DNA of 64,000 nucleotides. It comes from Bacillota bacterium (GTDB lineage: Bacteria; Bacillota; UBA994; UBA5500). The translations under genes were made by a program, and so were the position numbers. The notes under the pieces were generated by a model that saw nothing but the letters and a program-made list of their open reading frames with translations, did not search any database and was not told the DNA's origin. This document shows positions 1 to 10,739 of the stretch, piece by piece (position 1 is the first letter of the stretch; every line of letters begins with the position of its first letter). The stretch lies in the NCBI GenBank assembly GCA_050949055.1, contig JBMNFA010000001.1, forward strand, positions 11,116 to 75,115, read 5' to 3'.

Positions 1-2341
1 CCACGCACGTGGGGGTGAACCGGCAGAGAGTGAGCCAATCTATGTGCCGTTTGAATCTGCCCCACGCACGTGGGGGTGAACCTCGACGCACTTGCCGTCG
101 TACATCGAGGTCATCATCTGCCCCACGCACGTGGGGGTGAACCGCTTTCTTCAAAGATTACACTTTACGTCCCTGCATCTGCCCCACGCACGTGGGGGTG
201 AACCGATCGATCAAGTGATCGATCTTTGCGAATCCCTATCTGCCCCACGCACGTGGGGGTGAACCGTAATTAAACAGACCGCATAGCCCGCCAGCTACAT
301 CTGCCCCACGCACGTGGGGGTGAACCGGCGATGGGCAAGATTGTCGTCGCTGGCCGGCTATCTGCCCCACGCACGTGGGGGTGAACCGATCGTTTGCAAT
401 TTTGCCGCTAACAATGGAAGATCTGCCCCACGCACGTGGGGGTGAACCGACGCTGCCCGGGACGAGATACGCCAAGTGCCTATCTGCCCCCACGCACGTG
501 GGGGTGAACCGTTTAGATATTAGTTAGTAGTATGTAGTATGTAATCTGCCCCACGCACGTGGGGGTGAACCGGCGCTAGACACACAGATTGAGAAAGACG
601 AGATATCTGCCCCACGCACGTGGGGGTGAACCGCGGACGAGCTCAAGGCAGCGGCTCCCTGGCACATCTGCCCCACGCACGTGGGGGTGAACCGCGGACG
701 AGCTCAAGGCAGCGGCTCCCTGGCACATCTGCCCCACGCACGTGGGGGTGAACCGCGAGTGCCTGCTTTCTTCGCCTCTCCATGCATATCTGCCCCACGC
801 ACGTGGGGGTGAACCGGCGGAAGCCGGTGTCAGGCATTAGTTGACCACATCTGCCCCACGCACGTGGGGGTGAACCGTGCCTGTCTATAGCGATATTGGC
901 GAAATACTCATCTGCCCCACGCACGTGGGGGTGAACCGTTTTTCTTCCATTTCCTGTTATACCTCCCTGGCATCTGCCCCACGCACGTGGGGGTGAACCG
1001 TTTGTCTCCAGACCTATCAACGCCCGGTTGTAATCTGCCCCACGCACGTGGGGGTGAACCGTCATCCAGTCCCCCCGGCACATCCTCGACAAGATCTGCC
1101 CCACGCACGTGGGGGTGAACCGTTGGAGAGGTTAATTGAGCATTGCACAGGATGATCTGCCCCACGCACGTGGGGGTGAACCGCAGACTCTGCAGTGGCA
1201 GAGGGACGCGGGGCATCTGCCCCACGCACGTGGGGGTGAACCGTTGTATTGCCCTGTTATGTAACGATAGGCAACATCTGCCCCACGCACGTGGGGGTGA
1301 ACCGTACGCGATCCTCTGCAGCGCCGCCGCCATCATATCTGCCCCACGCACGTGGGGGTGAACCGCCCACCAGGGCAGGAAGGAGCAGGACAAATGAATC
1401 TGCCCCACGCACGTGGGGGTGAACCGCAGTACAACTTGGCCAGTTGATTCGTGTTGTCATATGCCCCACGCACGTGGGGGTGAACCGGGTGTCTTGCTGA
1501 TGCTTGTGTCTTTGGTGCCATCTGCCCCACGCACGTGGGGGTGAACCGTGACACAGCTGTACAAACAGCGTTGGATTTAGGTCTGCCCCACGCACGTGGG
1601 GGTGAACCGCAGGAGGAGTTTTTGATTACCTCCTTATTGATATCTGCCCCACGCACGTGGGGGTGAACCGCAGGAGGAGTTTTTGATTACCTCCTTATTG
1701 ATATCTGCCCCACGCACGTGGGGGTGAACCGGCAGAAGGACTGCTCTAGCGCCGGACCCACCCATCTGCCCCACGCACGTGGGGGTGAACCGCTGGGCAT
1801 CTGGACCATGTCTAGCTGCGTGGCATCTGCCCCACGCACGTGGGGGTGAACCGTAGCCTTTTCGCATATAGCGATTACGGGTGTTATCTGCCCCACGCAC
1901 GTGGGGGTGAACCGATCACTTTGTATGTCCCTGCAACTATCAATGTATCTGCCCCACGCACGTGGGGGTGAACCATCGAGAGGAGCCAACCACATGACCA
2001 CACAGACATCTGCCCCACGCACGTGGGGGTGAACCCCCGACAACCTCACCGAACGGCGAGACCCGGACATCTGCCCCACGCACGTGGGGGTGAACCGACC
2101 GTGAGCAGCACCCGGTTGGATACCAAGGCATCTGCCCCACGCACGTGGGGGTGAACCGGGCCTGTCCGCAGCACGGGCAGGTTTCGTCCTATCTGCCCCA
2201 CGCACGTGGGGGTGAACCGCCTGCACTTGCCCTGTGTGCTGCTGTCAGCATATCTGCCCCACGCACGTGGGGATGAACCGAGCAACTTGGATCGCATCTA
2301 TGCACCGCAGAAATCTGCCCCACGCACGTGGGGGTGAACCG
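1..2341 (+). CRISPR. Type I-E CRISPR array 1: 38 full repeats plus 1 partial, 38 spacers, truncated at the window start
   Basis: 29-bp repeat ATCTGCCCCACGCACGTGGGGGTGAACCG with ~61-bp period and mostly 32-nt spacers. The CCCCACG/CGTGGGG hairpin and ...AACCG 3' end are typical of I-E and imply + strand transcription with the leader left of the window. Confidence 0.98.
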
Positions 2342-2373
2342 TGGCGATGTGAACGGTAATATTTAATGGACAG

Positions 2374-2559
2374 ATTTCGGCCATTTCCAATGGATAAGAT
2401 TACCCACTCCCTACCAACCATTCGGTATACTGGACGGGTCGGAGGGAGAGTGGACAGAATGGTGGGATGGCCTATCTGCGGTAGGATAAGGGAACTCAGA
2501 GAACTAGGTTGTTGGAAGATGCTAAAGGAACCTGCCCCCCCACATGCGAGGGTAAACAG
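2374..2559 (+). ncRNA. Candidate degenerate mini-array (pseudo-repeats at 2374-2401, 2467-2493, 2530-2559)
   Basis: 2530-2559 ACCTGCCCCCCCACATGCGAGGGTAAACAG resembles the repeat. The other two are AT..-hairpin-ATAAG.. units, and the first lies exactly 32 nt after the last true repeat. Confidence 0.4.
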
Positions 2560-2892
2560 TAGGCTTGGAGTGTATTCCCTGTTAACTCATAGAACAAGAT
2601 CAAGCCCATGAATCCTACTTCTCATTTTGGGATGCTACGGTCTAGGGCTTTCTTGTCTCATAATGGCGAATTGTGTAAAGGAAAATCATAGTTGGTTGGC
2701 GAACGTTGTAGACAACTGAGGAGCTTTGGATAGGGTTGGATAGGCAATTGAGAGTCATCGCACTTGGCTCTGCTTGCCGTAATGTTAGTCATGTGAGCTT
2801 ATCTGGGCTGCTGCAAGACACAGAAAGTTCAAGCAGTAGGACAGTATTTGACAGGGTGGGTATTTTACAATGTTGAGGGGGAGGGGGAATTC

Positions 2893-3825
2893 ATGCGCAA
2901 TTATCGGATACTGCCTAAGGTCCGAGACAGTTGGAGCTACCTTTATGTTGAGCATGCCCGGATCGATCAGGAGGATATGGGTATTTGCCTGCATGATGCG
3001 CGTGGCCGGGTTCACGTTCCTTGCGCCTCTCTTTCACTCTTGATGCTGGGCCCGGGCACATCTATTACACACGCTGCAGTAATGACTACGTCGGAAGCAG
3101 GTTGCTTGATTGCCTGGTGTGGTGAACAAGGGATTCGCTTCTATGCTCAAGGATTGGGTGAGACGCGTAGCTCAGCCAATCTCCTCCGACAAGCAGCCTT
3201 ATGGGCTGATGAGGGAAAGCGACTGATGGTAGTACGACGAATGTACGAAATGCGTTTTCCTGAAAGGCTGGAGCCTAACCTTACGCTCAGACAGATCCGA
3301 GGAAAAGAAGGCGCACGGGTTCGCGATGCGTATGCCAAAGCAAGCAGGACCTATGGTGTGCCTTGGTTTGGCCGCAACTATGATCGCAAGGACTGGGACC
3401 GTTCCGATCCAATTAACAGGGCCATATCGGCAGCAAACGCTTGCCTTTATGGCGTGGTTCATGCCGCTGTGGTTGCATCGGGTTATTCACCCGCCCTGGG
3501 TTTTATACACACAGGGAAAATGTTGAGTTTTGTTTATGACGTAGCGGATCTATACAAGACCGAAACAGTGATCCCGGCAGCGTTTCTGGAGACCGGTAGG
3601 GGCGAGGTAGACTTGGAAAGTCGGGTGAGGCGCTGCTGCAGAGACCTGTTTGTTGAAATCAGGTTGTTGCAGCGCATAGTTAATGACCTAGACTCCCTGT
3701 TCGATCTGGAGCATCGTGATGAAGCACCAGATGTCGACCTAGAAAAGGCGTTTCCGGGCCAAATTTGGGACCCTGAAGGAAATGTATCCGGTGGTCACAA
3801 CTACTCTGGGAGAAAGCAGAGATGA
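2893..3825 (+). CDS. cas1: Type I-E Cas1 endonuclease
   Basis: SYLYVEHARI, LMLGPGTSITHAA, QIRGKEGARVR, LGFIHTG, SFVYDVADLYK and C-terminal WD..GGHNY. GAGGGGG RBS precedes ATG 2893. Confidence 0.97.
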   Translation: MRNYRILPKVRDSWSYLYVEHARIDQEDMGICLHDARGRVHVPCASLSLLMLGPGTSITHAAVMTTSEAGCLIAWCGEQGIRFYAQGLGETRSSANLLRQAALWADEGKRLMVVRRMYEMRFPERLEPNLTLRQIRGKEGARVRDAYAKASRTYGVPWFGRNYDRKDWDRSDPINRAISAANACLYGVVHAAVVASGYSPALGFIHTGKMLSFVYDVADLYKTETVIPAAFLETGRGEVDLESRVRRCCRDLFVEIRLLQRIVNDLDSLFDLEHRDEAPDVDLEKAFPGQIWDPEGNVSGGHNYSGRKQR

Positions 3826-6800
3826 TTGTCCTGATTGTAGAGTCGGTGCCTCCTTCGCTGCGCGGGCAATTGAGTAAATGGCTGCTAGAGCCGCAGGCCG
3901 GGGTTTTCGTTGGCAATGTATCGGCTGCAGTTCGGGAGTTGCTGTGGGAGACGGCTTGTCAGCAGGCAGCAGCTGGCAATTGCACATTAATACATTCTGC
4001 CGCTAACGAGCAGGGCTATAGCATCCGTACCTGCGGGGATACCAAGCGGGTGATCGAAGACTGGGAAGGACTATTCCTTGTTCGCCGTCCGAAGGCAGCA
4101 GAGGAAGAGAACCCAGCAAGGACAATGGAACACCCTATAAGTGATGACAAAGAATGCGACGATGCATTTGACCCTATTGCGGAGATAACTGAGGCAAGGA
4201 GCCCTGAGCTCGAAAGGAACCATGAGAATCTACATTTCCTTTTGTGGGGCAAGACCACCCCTTACAAGTCCTTATTAGCACACATGATTGATGTAGGCGT
4301 AGTGGCTCAGTCATTGCTAACCAATGGCTGCATGGCACCGATTGCCCTCACCCTAATGGACCTATTTCAAGCCAGTGAAGAACAGGTTCTCTCGCTAGTA
4401 GGTTTCATAGCTGCACTGCACGACCAGGGCAAGTGCCATCCCCTCTTTCAGGGGATGGGGAAGGGCCTGAGAATCACAGAGACTCTCAAGTCACTGGGGT
4501 GGCTGCAAGATGACATCCGGATGAAATTCAGGCACGAGAAGTACTCGGAGCGCATATTTAGGCGCTTGGCCAAAGGCAGTCGGCTGAGCCGCCATGCAGC
4601 CAGGATGATAGCCGCTACTCTGCGGCTACATCACCAAGGCAAACTTGGAGAAGGGGATGAACCTGAAGAGAGGATTCGGTCGGCTTGGCATGCAATGCAG
4701 GAAAACCTAATGAACTCCGTACGGGAAGTGTTTCCGGCGGAACTTTCGATAGTGTCCAAGTGTAGACATTTCGATTGCGCTGGAGTAATCATTAGCGCCA
4801 TAATCATCCTCGCGGATTGGCTAGCGTCAGGGAACGAGCGATTCCTTCGTCTTGGAGAAGCGCGAAACCTGCAAGCTTATACAAACCGCGCTAGAATTGT
4901 AGCGCTGGAAGTGGTTGCAGCCTGTGGGCTGGGCAGGAGCAAGGCATTGCCGGTGACCGGGGCCTTCTGTGATCTATGGAAGGAGATACCAGCAGCCGGG
5001 GTGAGACCGTTACAGCTGGCATGTGTGGAAGCCTGCCGCGCCTATCCTGGCTCTGGACTGGTGATTGTGGAAGCACCTATGGGCGAGGGGAAGACAGAGG
5101 CAGCTGTCTACATCGCTGCCCATTTGATGAAAACCTACTGCAAGGAAGGGATGTACATTGCGCTGCCTACCGCGGCCACCAGTAATCAGATGCACGGCCG
5201 TATTAGCGACCCTGCTGCAGCAGCCATGCCATGGAGGGAGTGCGCCTGCTGCACGGCATGGCTTGGGCGATCGACCAAGAGACAGCGGTTAACTCCCGCG
5301 CTGCTGTTGGCGCCGAGGATGGCACTGAGGCAGCACGCTGGATGGCCCCGTTACGGAGAGGTCTGCTGGCCCCATACGCGGTTGGCACAATAGACCAAGC
5401 CATGCTTGCGGTAATGCCGGTGAAGTACGGCCTCTTGCGGCTTGTTGGGTGTCGCCAACATAAGGTGCTGGTCCTGGATGAGGTGCATGCGTACGACGCA
5501 TATATGAGCCAGATTATCGAACGCTTGCTCAGCTGGTGTGCGGCGCTGAGGGTGCCAGTCGTCTCTGTTGTCGGCAACTCTGCCCACCAAGAAACGAGAG
5601 GCCTTTCTTGCGCGCCTATGGCGCAGAACAAAGCTCGCAAGTGGATACAAGTTATCCGACGATCACCTGCCTTAGTAATGGCCAGATTAACAGCTTGGCA
5701 GTAAGAGACACGTTCATCAAACGAACGATTGCTATCGACGTTTTACCAATGTTGGGTTGCTGGTCGGAGCTGGCAGCAATGCTATACAGCAAGGTCGCTG
5801 ATGGAGGATGCGTCTGTGTCATTGTCAACACAGTCCCCGATGCTCAAGAACTGTATCAGCAGATCAAACGGGCTGCAATTGACGATGATGACCTCTGGTT
5901 GCGCCTGTTCCATGCTCGCTTCCCTGCAGACCGGCGCCAACAGATCGAGCAGGAGTGTCTTGACCGATTTGGAAAGGGGAACCTCAGGGAACCTGGTAAT
6001 CCCAAGTATAACCGTCCCCCTAGGGCTCTTTTGGTGGCTACCCAAGTGGTAGAACAGAGCCTTGACCTGGATTTTGATGAAATGGCGTCTGCATTAGCCC
6101 CCATCGATCTACTCCTTCAGCGCGCTGGTAGGCTGCATCGGCACGACGGCCGCAGTAGGCCAGCAGGCATGAGGACAGCCAGGTTAACAGTGTTCACTCC
6201 AACCAAACCGGGGGAATATGGTGGGACAGGCTTTGTGTATGCCCCATGGATACTACGTAAGACCGAACATTTCCTTGCAGATAAGAACTCATTATCGGTG
6301 CCAGAAGACATGCGGTTGGCGATCGAAGCGGTTTACAGTGCCGAAGAGCCTGAGACAAGTGAAGGGTACAAAGAGTGGTACGAAATGGTCTACAATGACC
6401 AACTGAACGCTGGGCTGGCAAGAGCCAGTGAATTGCCGCCGCCAACTCCGGATAGCTTTTTTGGGACCCAGAACCGCGGAGGAGGGGGTGCACAGGAGGG
6501 GACTCTGTTTAACGATGACGATGCGATCAGCAAAGTGGCTAGTCTCAAGACCCGATTGGGCGAAAGCAGTACACGGATTGCCCTGCTAGACGAAACCTTG
6601 TTCAAGCAGGCTATGGTGCCGAATCCCTCGGCTCAATTGGCCAAGCAGGTTTTGCTCCGGTCATTGTCTGTGCCATCAAGATTGATCGGTGATTGCGGGG
6701 CAGCCGGCTTCGATGCACCTTATGAAGGGGATGGGTTGCTTAAGGGGGTAGTGCTGCTGAAAATGGTCAATCACCGGTACGTATTTGAGTCAGACCAAGG

Positions 6801-6873
6801 CACTGGTGTACTCACTGAAGACGCAGAGCTTGGAATTCTATTTGAAGGGAGGAAAGATATTGGCAGTTTATGA
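3822..6873 (+). CDS. cas3: Cas2(I-E)-Cas3 fusion (Cas2 + HD nuclease + SF2 helicase), frameshifted several times at ~5210-5610
   Basis: The N-terminus MIVLIVESVPPSLRGQLSKWLLEPQAGVFVG (I-E Cas2) is in frame with HD motifs (LLAH, LHDQGK, RHE, HHQG, ADWLAS) and APMGEGKT. DEVH lies in ORF 5231-5704. VNTV, FHARF, VATQVVEQSLDLDFD and QRAGRLHRH lie in ORF 5536-6873. Confidence 0.9.
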
Positions 6874-8389
6874 TCTGCTGAGCGAACCTTGGATTCCAGT
6901 GGAGACTTTGGATGGAACACGGCAATCACTTGGCATTAGAGAGGTCCTGCTATTTGCTCACAAGTTAAGAAAGGTTAACGCCCCCTCGCCACTGATCACA
7001 TATGGCATCCAACGGATGTTGGTAGCGCTGCTGATGGATGCCTATCGCCCTCGGCTGATAGAGGACTTGGCCGATCTGATGGATGCAGGATTTTATAGCG
7101 AGCACACGGTGGAGCAGTATTTCTCACTTTGCCAGAATGAAGCCAACTGCTTCGATTTGTTTGACCCAGAGAAGCCCTTTTACCAGTCCGCATTTGACAC
7201 TAGGTGGGATAACGACAAGAAAATCAGGCCCGTGGCGCTGCTCATTCATGAAGTTCCCGGCGGGAACAATCACATCCACTTCGATCACCGGCTGGAGGCC
7301 GAGATTGCCCTTTCCCCGGCCGCCTGCGCTCGGGCGTTGTGCGCAGTCAACGTTTTCTGTACAGCTGGGCTGCAAGGTCCTTCATCCATCAATGGGGCCC
7401 CACCCCTCTACGTGCTGCACAAAGGAAAAACGTTGTTTGAAACCTTAACGGGGAGCATGATGGCTGTGCGAGAGTACGAGGGCATACCTTTTGACGATCC
7501 ACCGATAGCTTGGTGTGACCATCACGAGGTGGAGCCAGGTAGGGAAGTGCCCACAACTTCCGTGTTGTACGGCTTGACCTGGCAGGCACGTCGTGTGCTC
7601 CTGATTCCTGATGAGGCCGGGGGAACATGTAGCCAAACAGGGGAGGAATGCCCGGTTGTAGTAAGACGCATGTACTTCCAAAAAGGCTTGAAGTTTACAG
7701 GACATGGCATCTGGCAAGATCCTCATGTGGCATACCTGAGGCGGAAAGACGGCAGCCTGTCCTCTTTGAAGCCACAAGAGGGTCGGGCCCCATGGAGAGA
7801 TATTGCGTCCCTCATGCTAAAGGGCGATCGCGAAGGACAGCATATTGAGCCGATTATCGTCAGCCACTACCGCGATGTTCGCGAGGGCATCGACATGATA
7901 GAGACTCCTGCGTCACTGCAAATATTTGGTCTGGTTACTAATCAGGCTCAATACGGCAGTTGGATGCAAGGGGAACTAGGTCTAGACCAACGGATTATGC
8001 AGAGTGAAGATTTGTCCAGATTTATTGAGCAGGCGATAAGGTTAACCGAAGACATTGCGGCTGATTTGCAGAAGTATATGCAGGACGCTCTAGGAGGAAA
8101 TAAGCAGCGCGATCTTGTAGACCAAATCATTGGTCTGTTCTACTCCTTGGCGCGGGAAGCATTCTTTGAAGAATTGTGCCCGGCTGCTGCCGTTGCCAAC
8201 AGGATGGAAGAAGGATGGGCCAGCAAGTTGAACAACTTGTGGAGAACCAAGCTGAGGAGCTTTGCACTAAGCTCGTATTTGGCGGGAGCTGAGCGCTTGG
8301 GCGGTGCGGCAAGACGTTTGGAACAAAGCGCGCGGGCCGAGTTGCTGTTTAGGAGAAGTCTTAGCAAGACATTGGGGAGGGTTGACTAG
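6860..8389 (+). CDS. cas8e: Cascade large subunit Cas8e/CasA
   Basis: YDLLSEPWIPV, FDLFDPEKPFYQ, WQARRVLL, DPH and RAPWRD motifs. TTG 6860 follows a GGGAGG RBS. Operon position fits. Confidence 0.92.
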   Translation: MAVYDLLSEPWIPVETLDGTRQSLGIREVLLFAHKLRKVNAPSPLITYGIQRMLVALLMDAYRPRLIEDLADLMDAGFYSEHTVEQYFSLCQNEANCFDLFDPEKPFYQSAFDTRWDNDKKIRPVALLIHEVPGGNNHIHFDHRLEAEIALSPAACARALCAVNVFCTAGLQGPSSINGAPPLYVLHKGKTLFETLTGSMMAVREYEGIPFDDPPIAWCDHHEVEPGREVPTTSVLYGLTWQARRVLLIPDEAGGTCSQTGEECPVVVRRMYFQKGLKFTGHGIWQDPHVAYLRRKDGSLSSLKPQEGRAPWRDIASLMLKGDREGQHIEPIIVSHYRDVREGIDMIETPASLQIFGLVTNQAQYGSWMQGELGLDQRIMQSEDLSRFIEQAIRLTEDIAADLQKYMQDALGGNKQRDLVDQIIGLFYSLAREAFFEELCPAAAVANRMEEGWASKLNNLWRTKLRSFALSSYLAGAERLGGAARRLEQSARAELLFRRSLSKTLGRVD

Positions 8390-8960
8390 ATGGCCGGGAC
8401 TGACTTGTTCAAACAGGCGAGCAGCTTCGTCGACGCACTAGAGCTTTTGTCTGCTGGTGAACGGGCAGCGCTGAAGCGGGATGTAGGCAAGACGTTGTCC
8501 TTCGCAAGTGGCAACGCGTTAGTGGCGTTTTACCGAGCTCTTCCGAATGGGGTAAGCGCGGGCCTCGAAGGCAGGTTCTTCGCTGTCGCTTGCACCAGCT
8601 GTCTCTGGAAGAGTGCGCAACTCGCGGGAAACAAGAGACCCTATCAGGAATGCCTCAAGGCAGATTAGGGCGGATGGGTACGAGAGTTTTGATAAAAGAG
8701 TAAATTCGCTACTGGATTGTCATTGGGATGACAACGACGGCTACTTGCAGACTAAGCTTTGCCGGATTAGCAAGCAGATGCGGCAGAAAGACCTGCTTCC
8801 GGACTTTAGAGGATTACTGCTAGATTTGGTAGGCTGGAACGATCCGCAACGGAGAGTTCAGAGGCGCTGGGCCAGGGCGTACTACGGCGAGAGGAAGGCT
8901 CGCCTCAACAACAAACGAAAGCAGGGAGGAAGAGAACCATGCTGTTTGAGTTCCACATGA
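8390..8960 (+). CDS. cas11: Cascade small subunit Cas11/CasB, frameshifted near 8655
   Basis: LSAGERAALKR in ORF 8390-8668, and FDKRVNSLL..DFRGLLLDLVGW..VQRRWARAYY in ORF 8613-8960. Confidence 0.85.
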
Positions 8961-10057
8961 TTAAGAATTTCCCGCCGACCAACCTCAACCGTGACGACAC
9001 CGGGAGCCCGAAGTCCTGTTTCTTCGGGGGCGTGCAGCGGGCCCGGATCTCTAGCCAGTGCCTGAAGCGCAGTTGGCGGCAATCTCCGGTGTTCAAAGCG
9101 GCGGTTGACCAGCTTGGTATCCGTACCAGGAAACTGCCAGACCTGGTTTCGGAGGAGCTTCGCAAGCGTGGCATCGATGAGGAGTATGTCCAAGCGGCGG
9201 CTCTCAAGGTGACCGGCTTTGGCAACAGGAAGGGGACCGAGAATAAGGATGGAATCACTGCCCAAATCATGTTCTTCTCTAGGGAAGATATTCTGGCGGT
9301 GGCAGAGCGGGTGGAGCAGGCTATTAGGGAAGCAGGGAGTCTGGACAAGTTTCAGAAGATGAACGTCAAGGATTGGCAGAAGAAGATGGAGAACGTTATG
9401 ACCCGTCCAATTACCCTGGATATGGCACTCTTTGGCCGCATGGTTACCTCGGATGCTTTTGCGGATGTCGAAGCAGCTATGCAGGTCGCTCATGCCATCT
9501 CTACTCATTCGGTCAACCAAGAGAGTGATTTCTACACCGCTGTGGATGACTTGGTGAGTGGAGCAAGCGACGATGATGCCGGCGCCGGCATGATGGGCGA
9601 TACCGATTTCAATGCCAGCTGCTACTACATGTACGCAGCTTTGGATATGGATCAATTGGGGCAAAACCTGAGGCATTCCCCTGATGTTCTTGCTGACGCC
9701 GGGAAAGTAGTTTCATGCTTGCTGGAAGCCATGGCGTTTACAAATCCTTCGGGTAAACAGAACAGCTTCGCCGGCCACGTACTCCCTGACTTGCTTTACG
9801 TGGAAGTGAAGGAAAGGAAGATTCCTGTAAATTACGCCAATGCCTTTGTTGAGCCTGCAAGGCCTTCCGGTGAGCGTGATCTGGTTGCTGAAAGCGCCCA
9901 TAGGCTGGCGCGCGAAATCGAGAGTGTTGACCGTGACTTTGGCATGGAGGCTAACAAACGCTTGTGGTTCTGCCGTAAACATGGTGTGAAGGCCCCAGCT
10001 TCTGCCACGGTGGTGGGAAGCTTCAGAGAGCTATTGACTGAGTTTGCAGGCGTTTGA
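8939..10057 (+). CDS. cas7: Cascade backbone Cas7/CasC
   Basis: NLNRDDTGSPK, RARISSQCLKR, DMALFGRM, QVAHAISTH, DFYTAVDD, PSGKQNSFA. Confidence 0.97.
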   Translation: MLFEFHMIKNFPPTNLNRDDTGSPKSCFFGGVQRARISSQCLKRSWRQSPVFKAAVDQLGIRTRKLPDLVSEELRKRGIDEEYVQAAALKVTGFGNRKGTENKDGITAQIMFFSREDILAVAERVEQAIREAGSLDKFQKMNVKDWQKKMENVMTRPITLDMALFGRMVTSDAFADVEAAMQVAHAISTHSVNQESDFYTAVDDLVSGASDDDAGAGMMGDTDFNASCYYMYAALDMDQLGQNLRHSPDVLADAGKVVSCLLEAMAFTNPSGKQNSFAGHVLPDLLYVEVKERKIPVNYANAFVEPARPSGERDLVAESAHRLAREIESVDRDFGMEANKRLWFCRKHGVKAPASATVVGSFRELLTEFAGV

Positions 10058-10067
10058 GGTGAGGAGA

Positions 10068-10739
10068 ATGCCAATACCAATTCTCCTGTTGCGTCTGGAG
10101 GGCCCTCTCCAAAGCTGGGGAGAACGGGCCCGCTGGGACTATCGCGATTCTTCACCGTTTCCCACCAAATCAGCTGTTATCGGACTAATTGCCTGCGCTA
10201 TGGGTATATCGCGAGCAAGCACAGAGATCGTTGAAATGCATGCCGCTCTGAAGATGGGCGTAAGGGCTGATAGACCTGGGACCATGATGACTGATTATCA
10301 GACCGTCTCTGGAATAATCCGTACTGCAGGGGGCGGCCAGCGGGGTAACAAGGGAGAGGTAACGACCATAATTTCGCAGAGACAATACATACAGGACGGT
10401 GCGTTTCTGGTCGCAGTGACTGGCGAGAAGGGGTTGTTGCAGCGTTGCGCAGCTGCACTACAGCATCCAGTCTGGCCGATCTTTCTCGGTAGAAAAAGCT
10501 GCCCCCCAACCCGTCCTGTCTTTGAGGGAATGACAGAGCAGTATGAATCGTTGTTAGAAGCGCTACGTATTGAGCCGGTGGTCAAACGCAGCGAGGGATG
10601 TTCCCTATTGTGCGAAATCGAAGATGTACAAGGAAACATCATGCGCAGGGACATCGCAACAGCGAGCCCTGGCAGGCAGTATCTGCAGCGCAGGGTCCAA
10701 TTGACGACGGTCGAACCGCAGGGGAAGGGGGTTTCCTGA
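10068..10739 (+). CDS. cas5: Cascade Cas5/CasD
   Basis: LLLRLEGPLQSWG, PTKSAVIGLIACAMG, DYQTV, FLGRKSCPP. Confidence 0.96.
   Translation: MPIPILLLRLEGPLQSWGERARWDYRDSSPFPTKSAVIGLIACAMGISRASTEIVEMHAALKMGVRADRPGTMMTDYQTVSGIIRTAGGGQRGNKGEVTTIISQRQYIQDGAFLVAVTGEKGLLQRCAAALQHPVWPIFLGRKSCPPTRPVFEGMTEQYESLLEALRIEPVVKRSEGCSLLCEIEDVQGNIMRRDIATASPGRQYLQRRVQLTTVEPQGKGVS

Noticed and set aside
1610-1641. Spacer contains GATTACCTCCTTA, similar to the 16S rRNA 3' end (self-targeting?)
   Set aside because: The flanks do not match 16S. It is better explained as the reverse complement of an invader RBS.
236-2297. Many ORFs with GSPPRAWGR / VHPHVRGAD repeats
   Set aside because: They are translations of the CRISPR repeats.
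2366-2611. 81-aa ORF between array 1 and cas1
   Set aside because: No RBS at its start, no motif, and it overlaps the pseudo-repeats.
2848-2871. TTGACA..TACAAT as the cas1 promoter
   Set aside because: Spacing is only 12 bp.
3822-6873. Classifying the locus as type I-F because of cas2-cas3
   Set aside because: Cas1, Cas2, Cas8e, Cas11, Cas7, Cas5, Cas6e and the 29-bp repeat are all I-E type.
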